A stretch of DNA of 64,000 nt from Promethearchaeota archaeon (GTDB lineage Archaea > Asgardarchaeota > Lokiarchaeia > Sigyniarchaeales > SOKP01). The notes under the pieces are model-generated. The model worked only from the letters and a program-made list of their open reading frames with translations. It was not told the DNA's origin and ran no database searches. Positions 1-9,645 of the stretch are shown here, piece by piece. Made by a program: the position numbers and the translations under genes. The stretch lies in NCBI GenBank assembly GCA_030599585.1, contig JAUVNS010000002.1, positions 1-64,000 of the forward strand. Direction: 5' to 3'. The stretch's first letter is position 1. Every line of letters begins with the position of its first letter.

Positions 1-2583
1 ACATACAACCTAAATGGAATTTATGCTAATGCTAATTCTGGTAATATTATGACTACAAACATGATTAACAACAACTTACAAGATGGAATATTAATCTTAA
101 ATTCACATTTAAATAATGTAAGTCGAAACGAGATAGTTGATAATGGAGGATACGGAATCAGACTTATTGACAGTAGTTATAACACATTGGATGATAATAT
201 GGTGTTTAATAATTCCAATGGTATAATAAGTGATGAAGGTGGGTCAAATAATGAGTTCGTAGACACATTTGCACCTGAAATTCTGGCAAGAATTACTAAT
301 CATTCTTTTGAATTGGGGACACCTTCCTTTAATCTCTCTTGGGTTGCGAAGGATGGTAATCCTGCCAATTATACAATCTACCGTAATGATACTGCAATGA
401 ATACGGGGTCGTGGACCTATGATGTTCCGATTACCTACACCGTGGAACCTTTGCCTGTGGGTCTCTACAATTTTACGATAGTTGCCAACGATACTTCTAA
501 CCACAATTCACACCATACGGTGTGGGTTATTATTACCAACCCTATTCTGCCTGTGATTGTTTCTGCCCCCGATGATTGCCTCTATGAATTTGGCACCAAT
601 TCTACTTTGCAGTGGTCGGTTTTTGATGAGAATCCTGCGACTTATGACTTATACATAAATGGTACATTGATAAAATCTGATTCTTGGTCTGCGGTTAGTT
701 CGATTTTCCTCTCACTCTCTGCTGTTATGGATCACCTTTCTCTAGGAATTTGTAATATCACCCTCGTGTTTTGGGATATTGCAGGTTGTTCGATTTCTTC
801 AACGGTGTTTGTTACTGTTATTGACACCACGACGCCTACTATTTCAATTAACTCACCAAACCCAAATGACTTATTAGGTTCGAGTGCTCCTGACTACGAA
901 CTTGCAGTTACAGATGCCAATTTAGATTCTATTTGGTATTCGTTGGACGGAGGTTCTACAAATTCTTCGCTCGTTAGTGCTAATGGAACTATTGATCAGA
1001 CTATGTGGAGTGCTTTAGGTAATGGTACAGTTACAATTCGATTTTATGCCAATGATACAGCGGGAAATTTGAATTATGAAGAAGTAATAGTTTATAAAGA
1101 TATTATCGAACCTTCCATAACCATAATTTCACCTAACCCAAATGACTTATTTGGATCGAGTGCTCCTGACTACGAACTTGCAGTTATAGATGCCAATTTA
1201 GTGTCTATTTGGTATTCGTTGGATGGAGATTCTACTAATTCTACGCTCGTTAGTGCTAGTGGAACTATTGATCAGACTATGTGGAGTGCTTTAGGTAATG
1301 GTACAGTTACAATTCGATTTTACGCAAATGATTCAGTGGGAAATATCGGATTTACTGAAGTAACAATCAGAAAAGATATTACAGCACCAACAATAATTAT
1401 TAATTCACCTGCTCTAAACGAACTGTTCGGAACATCTGCCCCAAATTTTAATGTGGACATTAGAGACACAAACCTAGATATGATGTGGTATACTATCGAT
1501 GGTGGAATAACAAAATATTTCTTTCTAACCAATAGTTCATTAAATTTAGCTGCTTGGTCTGCATTATCCGATGGAATAGTTGGTATTCGGTTCTATGCGA
1601 ATGATACTGCTGGGAATATAAGGTTTTCTGAAGTTGAAATTAGAAAAGATATTACTGCCCCAGTAATAACAATCAATAATCCACAAAACAGCGATGTAAT
1701 TGGAGCCATAGCACCAAATTTTGATATGTCTATTGAGGAACCAAATTTAAATAAGACTTGGTATTCGTTAAATGGAGGGAATAACATAACTTTTACGGGA
1801 CTTACTGGAACAATAAATCAAGCTTTATGGGATGCTTTACCCGAAGGGAACATTATCATTAGATTTTACGCAAATGATTCGGCAGGAAATATCGGATTTG
1901 CTGAAGTAACAATTAGAAAAGATGTTACTGCACCAACAATAACTATTAATTCACCTGTTCTAAACGAGTTATTCGAGACATCTGCTCCAAGTTTTAACGT
2001 TGAGATTTATGATGTAAACCTCGACTCGATGTGGTACACCCTTGATAATGGATTGACAAATACAACTTTTACCACAAATGGGGCAATTTTCCAACTTTTA
2101 TGGGATACTTTACTTGATGGAACGGTAACAATTAGATTTTACGCTAATGATTCTGCTGGAAATATCGGATTTGATGAAGTAACAATTAGAAAAGATGTTA
2201 ATGCCCCAGTAATAACAATCAATAATCCACAAAATAGCGATGTAATTGGAACCACCGCCCCGAGTATTGATATATCTATTGATGAACCAAATTTAGATAA
2301 AACTTGGTATTCGTTAAACGGAGGGAATAACGTAACTTTTACGGGACTTACAGGATCAATTAATCAAGCTTTATGGGATGCTTTATCGGATGGAAATGTA
2401 ATCTTTAGATTCTACGGAAACGATACTTTAGGAAGAATAGGATTTCAAGAAGTTACTATTGTTAAGACGAGTTCTCAACCAACTCCACCGGGGATTCCTG
2501 GATACAACATATTCTTACTTTTAGGAATTGTATCAACTATTGCTGTTATAATCATCAAAAAAAGGCTAAATCGTTTAAATTAA
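1..2583 (+). CDS. Cell-surface protein, 5'-truncated: beta-helix (NosD-like) repeats, tandem Ig-like repeats, C-terminal Loki-CTERM-like anchor
   Basis: The frame is open from base 1 (TYNLNGIYANANSGNI-MTTN...). N/G-rich beta-helix repeats are followed by six ~91-aa repeats with FYANDxAGN. The C-terminus is GIPGY + TM helix + KKR. Confidence 0.8.
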   Translation, partial: TYNLNGIYANANSGNIMTTNMINNNLQDGILILNSHLNNVSRNEIVDNGGYGIRLIDSSYNTLDDNMVFNNSNGIISDEGGSNNEFVDTFAPEILARITNHSFELGTPSFNLSWVAKDGNPANYTIYRNDTAMNTGSWTYDVPITYTVEPLPVGLYNFTIVANDTSNHNSHHTVWVIITNPILPVIVSAPDDCLYEFGTNSTLQWSVFDENPATYDLYINGTLIKSDSWSAVSSIFLSLSAVMDHLSLGICNITLVFWDIAGCSISSTVFVTVIDTTTPTISINSPNPNDLLGSSAPDYELAVTDANLDSIWYSLDGGSTNSSLVSANGTIDQTMWSALGNGTVTIRFYANDTAGNLNYEEVIVYKDIIEPSITIISPNPNDLFGSSAPDYELAVIDANLVSIWYSLDGDSTNSTLVSASGTIDQTMWSALGNGTVTIRFYANDSVGNIGFTEVTIRKDITAPTIIINSPALNELFGTSAPNFNVDIRDTNLDMMWYTIDGGITKYFFLTNSSLNLAAWSALSDGIVGIRFYANDTAGNIRFSEVEIRKDITAPVITINNPQNSDVIGAIAPNFDMSIEEPNLNKTWYSLNGGNNITFTGLTGTINQALWDALPEGNIIIRFYANDSAGNIGFAEVTIRKDVTAPTITINSPVLNELFETSAPSFNVEIYDVNLDSMWYTLDNGLTNTTFTTNGAIFQLLWDTLLDGTVTIRFYANDSAGNIGFDEVTIRKDVNAPVITINNPQNSDVIGTTAPSIDISIDEPNLDKTWYSLNGGNNVTFTGLTGSINQALWDALSDGNVIFRFYGNDTLGRIGFQEVTIVKTSSQPTPPGIPGYNIFLLLGIVSTIAVIIIKKRLNRLN
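835..2460 (+). repeat. Six tandem ~270-bp intragenic Ig-like repeats in A-A-B-C-B-C order
   Basis: Units start PTISINSPNPND / PSITIISPNPND / PTIIINSPALNE / PVITINNPQNSD / PTITINSPVLNE / PVITINNPQNSD. Units 1/2 and 4/6 are near-identical at DNA level. Boundaries are approximate. Confidence 0.85.
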
Positions 2584-2595
2584 ACTTTTTTTGTA

Positions 2596-2615
2596 CGTGA
2601 AATAACCGTTTCACG
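2596..2615. repeat. Dyad site A, CGTGAAA-TAACCG-TTTCACG (7-bp arms, 6-bp asymmetric core)
   Basis: Perfect 7-bp inverted arms read directly, between the surface-protein stop and the pAgo stop. Confidence 0.85.
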
Positions 2616-2619
2616 ATCT

Positions 2620-4098
2620 TTACATATAATTCTTATAAGCCGTTGGTGGCGAAATATCCCTTCCTTTTAATTCTCCCATGATTTTTCCTACTTTTTTTGA
2701 TAATGAAATGGTTACTGGTAATCTTTTACAAAAATCAGTGCTGTTCCAATCTAATTTTGTTAAATTAAGAATATCTCGAGCTAGCGTCTCACTACCACTG
2801 TCAGCTTTCTCTATAATCACTTCAATTGGTTTGGGGATCATGCTTCCGGGATATGTATCAATACAAGGAATATACCCTGTAGTGTAAAGATTGAAGATCT
2901 TTTTTTTATAAGAATTTCTCTCAAATACAGAACCGCGAGCTATCGGGTAATCTGTTGAAGTAATTGCGTTGAAATGACAATTTTCTTTAATGTGAATAAA
3001 ATCTTGGATTTCAATTTTTTGAGCAGCTTTTGAAAATCCTTCGTTTTCTTCTTCAGTATATTTTGATTTTTTATGTACCACGATCCTATTAGGATTATTA
3101 TTACTATGTTGTCTTTTATATAAACCGATTGCTTGTAATAAGATGTCCTCAGCTTGTTCTTCTGTAAGATTGGTTCTTCTTATATCTTCTTCATGTTCAA
3201 CCATTAACTCTAATCCTCTGGCGATCTGGGAATCACCTGTCCTCATGTAAACTTGAGCTATCGCTGCTTTGATAACCACACTGTCTCTTTTATTAATATC
3301 ATAGTAAAAAGAAATTCCAACATGAACTGTCTCGGGATTTAAATCAGCTAATTTCCAAGGAATGCCCGAAAATTTATAATATTGTGCTACTGCATAATTC
3401 CAAGCAATTGAAGCGGGATCTTCCAGATTGCCTCCTTTCAATAGTAAAGTTTCAGGTAGCATTAATTGTGTTGGGATCTTTAGCTCATATCCTAAAACCT
3501 TAATATAGTTATGGAAATCATAAAATAAAGGACGATCTTTTTCATTCATAGAAGTAATTCTCTTTAAATCACTAAATCTTCGAGTACTCAATCGAATTTT
3601 GATATTTTTTGTAAAAGGATTCCTACAAACCTTTAATATCTTTTCGGGAAGTGCAATAATTACAACTGGTGTTGGCGGATTTTGCCCACTCAGGTCTTTT
3701 AAAATTTGTTCAATCTGGTTTGAAAATTCAATAATTTTTTTCTTACGATTAGTCATATTAACAATTTTATCTATAATATGTGGAGAAATTTCTTGACAAT
3801 AATTATCATCTCTTTCCAAATAAAATCCTAAAGGGCCATCTTGATATAATCCTGGAAAATTTACACTTCTAATATTAGAATTTGGAAATGTAACTCCTTC
3901 TATTGAATATTGCATTAAAGAAAGAAAATCACTAGCTGCATTAATTGACTTTTTTGACCCAATTATTCCTATTGGAATCTTTAAATTTTCCAATTCCAAT
4001 CCATTTGGTTTATAATTTAATAATCCTACTCTAGGATCAGTACAGGTAGTTTTATCTTTAAAAATTAAATCCGGTTCTGGTACTAAAAATGATCTCAT
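2620..4098 (-). CDS. Short prokaryotic Argonaute (MID-PIWI), catalytically inactive
   Basis: N-terminal EPDLIF...DPRVGL. PIWI motifs VGISFY, RIVVHKKS, YTTG..TYPG..PKP and LTKLDWNS..LPVT. 492 aa with no N or PAZ domain. The first two tetrad Asp positions are replaced. Confidence 0.9.
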   Translation of the reverse strand: MRSFLVPEPDLIFKDKTTCTDPRVGLLNYKPNGLELENLKIPIGIIGSKKSINAASDFLSLMQYSIEGVTFPNSNIRSVNFPGLYQDGPLGFYLERDDNYCQEISPHIIDKIVNMTNRKKKIIEFSNQIEQILKDLSGQNPPTPVVIIALPEKILKVCRNPFTKNIKIRLSTRRFSDLKRITSMNEKDRPLFYDFHNYIKVLGYELKIPTQLMLPETLLLKGGNLEDPASIAWNYAVAQYYKFSGIPWKLADLNPETVHVGISFYYDINKRDSVVIKAAIAQVYMRTGDSQIARGLELMVEHEEDIRRTNLTEEQAEDILLQAIGLYKRQHSNNNPNRIVVHKKSKYTEEENEGFSKAAQKIEIQDFIHIKENCHFNAITSTDYPIARGSVFERNSYKKKIFNLYTTGYIPCIDTYPGSMIPKPIEVIIEKADSGSETLARDILNLTKLDWNSTDFCKRLPVTISLSKKVGKIMGELKGRDISPPTAYKNYM

Positions 4099-4114
4099 TT
4101 TTGTTTGGCCTCTT

Positions 4115-5536
4115 TTAATTAAAGAACTTATCTATTCTAGTATCATTAACTCCTATTGTTTTAGATTTCCACTTTACTGTATATTCCATCAAAGGTTTAA
4201 TCTTAAATTCATCAAACCAAGGATCTTTTTCTCGAGTAAAATAATCGCTGGTTAAGAAATCACTCCAAAATTCTAACCTAAGTCTCCAGCTTGGATTTCT
4301 ATTCCATTTAGGATTTAAGTACTTTTTATGAAGATTACTCGAGTGATCTCCAGTTATGGTATTAATCCCATTATAAGTAAAAACAAATCTAGGCCAAATA
4401 TATAATCCCATTTTGCCATCAAATTCATCTAATCGAATAAAAATGGATTTATGCTCAACATAGTATAATGTTCCATCGGGCTTATAAATTGGTTTTGTGA
4501 CTGTTTGGAGTTTTCTATTTGGTAAGTTTATTTTAATTGGTTCCACACTGTCTTTTGGTTTTTCATCAATAGGATCATCATAAGCGAAGAAAAAATCACT
4601 TTCCCATCTCCTTAATCCTTTACACCATAAATATCTTCGCAATGATGTATAAAGTAATTCTTTTTTCCTCTGAACATCTAATCTATCCGTCCCTCGATCA
4701 TATATTGGACCTTCAATATGCGGTCTAAAAATATTTAAATTCTTCTCAAATGACCTTACAACAGGTTCGGCTGCTTCGAATCGAGGAATGACAAATTCAG
4801 GAAATCTCTCATTTTTTATACCTCTAACCTTGTCAATTATCGTCTTTTTAAGTTTGAATTTTGATTGAACTTGCCAAAATATTTGTGGATATTCTAATTC
4901 CATAATATTTAAGATTAGTTTATCTTTTTCTCTAATTGGATCTCTACGATTTTTAATTTCTCTTAGCAATCTTTTATGCTGTGAATTAAAATTTTTTCTG
5001 AAAACATCTTCTCTATCTCTTACTCGTTCGACTAAACCAAATAGAGAACAAACCTTTACATCTGTATTTCTAAAAAAACCTAATATTTCTGATTCATTAG
5101 CGGAATTTATTCTATTCAATTTCTTTTCTTCTAAATTTAACTCTTCTTGATCAGTAAACCAATTTAAAATATCTCCTTTTTCTGCTTCTCTAGTTAATAT
5201 TTTTTTAGTATCATTTTTTCTAGAGAATTTATTAGCAAAAATTACGAATTTAAATCTTCTCTCAGGTCTTAGAATTAACCAATTGTAAAAATAATCAAAA
5301 ATTTCACTTCTAAGTTTATCAGATTTAGCAAATATAGAGACTTGAGTGTTTTTTGCTTCTATCCATAAGTTTTCATGCTTATTTTCCATTATTATATCAG
5401 ACAAAGTGCCCTCATTTAAGGAATTTTTAACTAAATGATACCCTTGCGTTTGATAATACCTTGTAATATATTTTTTATAAAGTTCGGAATTATAATTGCG
5501 AGCTTCTCTCTCTGATTCAAAATCTTCCCATGACAT
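4115..5536 (-). CDS. PD-(D/E)XK (Mrr-like) nuclease-APAZ fusion, partner of the short pAgo
   Basis: N-terminal SDIIM...WIEAK. C-terminal APAZ-like IWPRFVFTYNG...RNPSW...FWSDFL. Lies 16 bp upstream of pAgo on the same strand. Confidence 0.75.
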   Translation of the reverse strand: MSWEDFESEREARNYNSELYKKYITRYYQTQGYHLVKNSLNEGTLSDIIMENKHENLWIEAKNTQVSIFAKSDKLRSEIFDYFYNWLILRPERRFKFVIFANKFSRKNDTKKILTREAEKGDILNWFTDQEELNLEEKKLNRINSANESEILGFFRNTDVKVCSLFGLVERVRDREDVFRKNFNSQHKRLLREIKNRRDPIREKDKLILNIMELEYPQIFWQVQSKFKLKKTIIDKVRGIKNERFPEFVIPRFEAAEPVVRSFEKNLNIFRPHIEGPIYDRGTDRLDVQRKKELLYTSLRRYLWCKGLRRWESDFFFAYDDPIDEKPKDSVEPIKINLPNRKLQTVTKPIYKPDGTLYYVEHKSIFIRLDEFDGKMGLYIWPRFVFTYNGINTITGDHSSNLHKKYLNPKWNRNPSWRLRLEFWSDFLTSDYFTREKDPWFDEFKIKPLMEYTVKWKSKTIGVNDTRIDKFFN

Positions 5537-5689
5537 CTTGTTTATTATTTTTAAGTTAATTTTTATAGAATGAAAAATTATTTTCTTCTCATGTTACTTA
5601 TGTTGTATATTAATATATAAAGGTTATGGTAAATTATTTTTAATTGAAAAATTACTAATTTCTAATAAACTAAATCTTTAAATCATAGT

Positions 5690-5715
5690 TTATCGATATA
5701 TTATAATGTCGATAA
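5690..5715. promoter_or_regulatory. Inverted repeat TTATCGA-N12-TCGATAA overlapping a TATA-like element
   Basis: Seen in the divergent intergenic region, 26 bp upstream of the AAA-wHTH ATG. Confidence 0.4.
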
Positions 5716-5741
5716 TGTTGCTAATTTATTAATAAGTTAAT

Positions 5742-6869
5742 ATGCCCGAAAAAAATTCAATCTTTCCAAAAATTAGAAGTTTAGTGATGGATGCTGTAAA
5801 GGAAGGCATTTCAGAGAAAAAGATTTTTTATGATACTTCTCCTAATTGGTATCGATATTTTTATTATGAGAGTAATCCTTTAGATTCATTCACTCCATAT
5901 GAACCTCTTGAAGACCATTTGATTGATTTATTTGTTAATAGAGAAGTTGAAATTCGTATAATTTCAAGTTATTTCGGCAGTATAAAAACTATTCCCTATA
6001 ATATGCATATCGCTATCATAGGTTCTAAAGGAATAGGTAAGCATACAACTTTAAAAATAATATCTAAAATAATTCAAGAATCTTTTCCCGATATTTCTTT
6101 TGAATATTATAACCTTAAAACTGGTAAAGACTTTAAAAATAATTCAAATTTAGATGACTCTGAGATAACAGATTTAGATAAACAAAAACTAGATGTTCGA
6201 CTCATTTCATGTTCGGGTAAAAATAAGTGGTTAATATTAAAAAGAATTGATGAATTTAAGAATAACACAAAAATACTGTTCACAATCTGGCATACGAGGG
6301 ATTATCCTATACAAGATAATTTGAAAATTAATAAAATAATTTACTTTCGTAATTATAATAAAGAGATTATTACTGAAATATTCAAATGTAGAATTGATAA
6401 ATTTCTAAAAGAAAAGGAAGAAAATGAAAACTACATTACTAGTCTTTACAAGAATCTTATTCCCTCCATTATCGAAGCCTTTCAAGGTAATTTAAAAATT
6501 AGTTTTCTTTTTTTTGAACAGATTCATCAATTAGCTAAAATGCAAAATATAAGTGAGATTCCGCAATCCTTAATAGATGAGTTGATGAATAATTATCTAT
6601 TAATAAAAAACCAAAAGATTACTAGTAAAGAAAAAGCGATAATTAATTATCTCATAAGTGCTCAAAATGTTAAATTTATCACTACTAGCGATTTAAGAGA
6701 CAATTTGCACATTGATCGGACAGTAGCGTGGAGATACTTGGAAAATTTAACTAAAAAAAACATATTAAACCGAATAAAATACGGAAATCCCTCAAGATAT
6801 AAAATCAATGACATTTTTCTGAGTTTTTACGAAGATGAATTAAAAAAGAAAGTAATATTTAAAGAATGA
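5742..6869 (+). CDS. AAA+ ATPase-like protein with C-terminal winged HTH (Orc1/Cdc6-like architecture, degenerate)
   Basis: FVNREVEI, Walker A GSKGIGKHT, FQGNLK lid, C-terminal TTSDLRDNLHIDRTVAWRYLENLTKKNIL. No clear Walker B. Confidence 0.6.
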   Translation: MPEKNSIFPKIRSLVMDAVKEGISEKKIFYDTSPNWYRYFYYESNPLDSFTPYEPLEDHLIDLFVNREVEIRIISSYFGSIKTIPYNMHIAIIGSKGIGKHTTLKIISKIIQESFPDISFEYYNLKTGKDFKNNSNLDDSEITDLDKQKLDVRLISCSGKNKWLILKRIDEFKNNTKILFTIWHTRDYPIQDNLKINKIIYFRNYNKEIITEIFKCRIDKFLKEKEENENYITSLYKNLIPSIIEAFQGNLKISFLFFEQIHQLAKMQNISEIPQSLIDELMNNYLLIKNQKITSKEKAIINYLISAQNVKFITTSDLRDNLHIDRTVAWRYLENLTKKNILNRIKYGNPSRYKINDIFLSFYEDELKKKVIFKE

Positions 6870-6882
6870 TGAGTGTGATAAT

Positions 6883-7686
6883 ATGCCATTATTAAGAATC
6901 TTTCATGATGTATACACCAAATCTGAAATAACACAAATAGAAAATAAAATTAAAAATGAGACAGACAATTTTGCTGAATTTGATAATGAAAAGAAATTAG
7001 TGAGACCTGGTTTTCGTAAAAACCAACAAATCTTTAAACCCACATCAAAGGGATATTATATTGCAGAATATTTTGAGATAGATAAAAGGTCGATGCCATC
7101 TTATTATACTGAAATGTATTACTTTAAGAATTTATCTGAGAAAGTTGAATCGGAGGAAAAATTTTATCCCATACTTATTAAAATTTTATTCAATAGAAAA
7201 AAAAAAGTACTATGTTTATATAGTAAACAAATCTTAAGAAATGATCTTGTAAATAACTTAATCAATAAATTAAGAAATAACCATGGTTTAGATTTTAAGA
7301 TGCAACCCCAAAATTATGTTTTTAAAGAAGATGAATTAGATGATCTTGTTAATGCCTTAGATATAAAGGATTATACTGCTATATCTGTTTGGGACAAAGA
7401 TAATAGGGCAATCTTAGAGAACCCTCAGAAAATTACTGAGACTGAAAAATTTATTTCGTTCCTAAATGATACATATAAGGGTAAATGGCATTATTTAAAA
7501 GTACTTTTTGATGATCTGAACATAGAACTTAAAATTAATAATAAAACACAGAAATTTATCACTTTTGTTAATGATTATGTTGATGATGTGCATTTAGCAA
7601 AGGCTGTCGATTTTCTAGTTTCGAAAATTTTCGAAGTTGAGGATTTCAGCGGTTCAAAACAAGCGTTTATTGATTCTTTTCAATGA
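6883..7686 (+). CDS. Hypothetical protein with C-terminal PIP-box-like motif
   Basis: 267-aa ORF 13 bp after the AAA gene; ends KQAFIDSFQ. Confidence 0.6.
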   Translation: MPLLRIFHDVYTKSEITQIENKIKNETDNFAEFDNEKKLVRPGFRKNQQIFKPTSKGYYIAEYFEIDKRSMPSYYTEMYYFKNLSEKVESEEKFYPILIKILFNRKKKVLCLYSKQILRNDLVNNLINKLRNNHGLDFKMQPQNYVFKEDELDDLVNALDIKDYTAISVWDKDNRAILENPQKITETEKFISFLNDTYKGKWHYLKVLFDDLNIELKINNKTQKFITFVNDYVDDVHLAKAVDFLVSKIFEVEDFSGSKQAFIDSFQ

Positions 7687-7788
7687 AAAACATAATCTAA
7701 TTTATTAGAACCATAAAATCTTAGAAAATTGATTATTAATTTTGTCCCTATTTTAATTGTTTATTTTGGATTTAAAATTAAGCGAGAC

Positions 7789-7802
7789 CGGTTATTTCAC
7801 GA
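7789..7802 (-). repeat. Partial dyad site B (CGGTTA-TTTCACGA)
   Basis: 7789-7801 is the exact reverse complement of 2596-2608 (CGTGAAATAACCG). Confidence 0.8.
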
Positions 7803-7818
7803 TAAATTCAAACAAAAC

Positions 7819-7834
7819 AATAACCGTTTCACGA
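7819..7834 (+). repeat. Partial dyad site C (AA-TAACCG-TTTCACGA)
   Basis: 16/16 identical to 2601-2616. Confidence 0.8.
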
Positions 7835-7971
7835 AATTATTGTGATATATCAAACTGAGTAAACCGAAGGATTCATATTTAGTGAACGAATTAAAATCAT
7901 ACACTTAGATATTAATATAAAGACCCAAACGGCAGAATTATTAATAATGAAATCTAATTTTATTTTAAGGA

Positions 7972-9645
7972 GTGTGTAATTTTATGAGACGAGGATTTTT
8001 AAGACGATCTTATGATCAAACTTTTAATTTTGGATTAGGGAATTTCAAATCATTCCAGGAACTACAAAAAATTAATGTTAAACCACTCACTGTTATTTGT
8101 GGTACAAATAATTGTGGTAAAAGTTCGTTAATCCAGAGTATTCTATTATTATCTCAAAGTATTTCATCGTCATCTAGAGAATATCGAGGATTTCCAAGAT
8201 ATTATCATTCGAGGGAGAAAATTAAATATGAAAAATCTTTATATTTTGAGGGAGAATTCTGCCATTTAAGTGATTATGATAATATTATAAACTCTTATAG
8301 TATTGATAAGGAATTAGAATTTGAGTTTAAAGATAGCAATAATAAATTAAAAATAATTTTTTCTAATCCTAAAAGTGAATTATTAGTTGCATATATTAAA
8401 TCTATTATATATGATGGAAATAAATTGAATTTTAGATTAGATGCAATATTAAATAAAGAGGGATCTGTAGATTCCTATTTTTTAACCATGTATGATACCT
8501 ATCTTACAGAACTATGCGATTGCTCTTTTGAATTAGAGCAATTATTTGACAATAAAAAGAGATTCCTTAAAAAATTAAATTTTATAAAGTTTCCCGATTG
8601 GGAGTGTAAAGATGTTAGTATTATCTTCTCAGGCTTTATACCAGAAGATATATTGATTCCAAATAAACCATTATTAAGTTTAATTAAAGAAAAATTAGAA
8701 GAAAATAGAGAAGAAATAATAAATGTACAAAATAAACCCAATGATCTTAAAACTATATTAGAAAGGTTAGAAAAAGCTATATCAGGAAAAGAGAGAAGGC
8801 ATTTTCGATTTTATGATAACTTTTTTAGTATAAGTATTAATAACTCAGATTTTTTAGATTTTTTTTCAAATATTCATTATATTGGGCCATTAAGAAGTGA
8901 TCCACATAGATACTATCAATTTTTTGATATTAAACAATTTAAAATAGGCAATAGAGGTGAATTCACGCCCCAAATACTTACTTTAGAGAGAAATGTAGAA
9001 ATCCCGAAATTTTACACCTATGATATTTTGGGTGATATTTTGAGCTTTAATAAACATGAATCTTTAAGTTTAAAAGACGGTTTAGAACTCTGGTCAAAAA
9101 AACTTGACTTACCAAGTATAGATCCTAAAAAAGTTGAACAAACTTTATTTAAAATTATGGTTAAATTACCTGTAGGTGACAAAACCGTTACACTGCAGGA
9201 CGTTGGTTTTGGAATAAGTCAAATCTTACCTGTTTATGTCGAGAGTCTCCGAATGGAGGAAGGTAATACTTTAATTTTAGAACAACCTGAAATCCACTTA
9301 CATCCAAGTATGCAATCAAAGCTGGCTGATTTTCTTTTAAGTATGGCATATTCAGGTAAGAGATTTATTATAGAAACACATAGTGAACACATTATTAACA
9401 GATTATGTCTGAGAATTGCTCAAGATCCGAAAAATGAAATTAATGATTTAATATCAATGGTCTTTTTAGAGCCCCCGAAAATTAAAAAGAAAAAATATTG
9501 GGGAACGCATATTAAAGAATTAGAAATAAATATATATGGCGAGGTTGAAAATTGGCCCGTAGGTTTTTTTGATGAATCAGATTATGAAAAGATACTTGTT
9601 GCTGCAATCAGTAAGAGGAAGAGAGAAATGGAGGAAAATATATGA
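7972..9645 (+). CDS. ABC-type AAA ATPase (AAA_15/AAA_21-like) with DUF3696-like C-terminus
   Basis: Walker A GTNNCGKSS, signature DVGFGISQ, Walker B/D-loop LILEQPEIHLHP, H-loop ETHSEH, C-terminal WPVGFFDE. The start may be the ATG at 7984. Confidence 0.85.
   Translation: MCNFMRRGFLRRSYDQTFNFGLGNFKSFQELQKINVKPLTVICGTNNCGKSSLIQSILLLSQSISSSSREYRGFPRYYHSREKIKYEKSLYFEGEFCHLSDYDNIINSYSIDKELEFEFKDSNNKLKIIFSNPKSELLVAYIKSIIYDGNKLNFRLDAILNKEGSVDSYFLTMYDTYLTELCDCSFELEQLFDNKKRFLKKLNFIKFPDWECKDVSIIFSGFIPEDILIPNKPLLSLIKEKLEENREEIINVQNKPNDLKTILERLEKAISGKERRHFRFYDNFFSISINNSDFLDFFSNIHYIGPLRSDPHRYYQFFDIKQFKIGNRGEFTPQILTLERNVEIPKFYTYDILGDILSFNKHESLSLKDGLELWSKKLDLPSIDPKKVEQTLFKIMVKLPVGDKTVTLQDVGFGISQILPVYVESLRMEEGNTLILEQPEIHLHPSMQSKLADFLLSMAYSGKRFIIETHSEHIINRLCLRIAQDPKNEINDLISMVFLEPPKIKKKKYWGTHIKELEINIYGEVENWPVGFFDESDYEKILVAAISKRKREMEENI

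Noticed and set aside
2620-4098. Active slicer or eukaryote-like long Argonaute
   Set aside because: Only 492 aa, no N or PAZ domain, catalytic Asp positions substituted.
5742-6869. True replication initiator Orc1/Cdc6 with adjacent origin
   Set aside because: ATPase motifs are degenerate, no ORB-like G-string repeats were seen, and it lies inside an accessory module.
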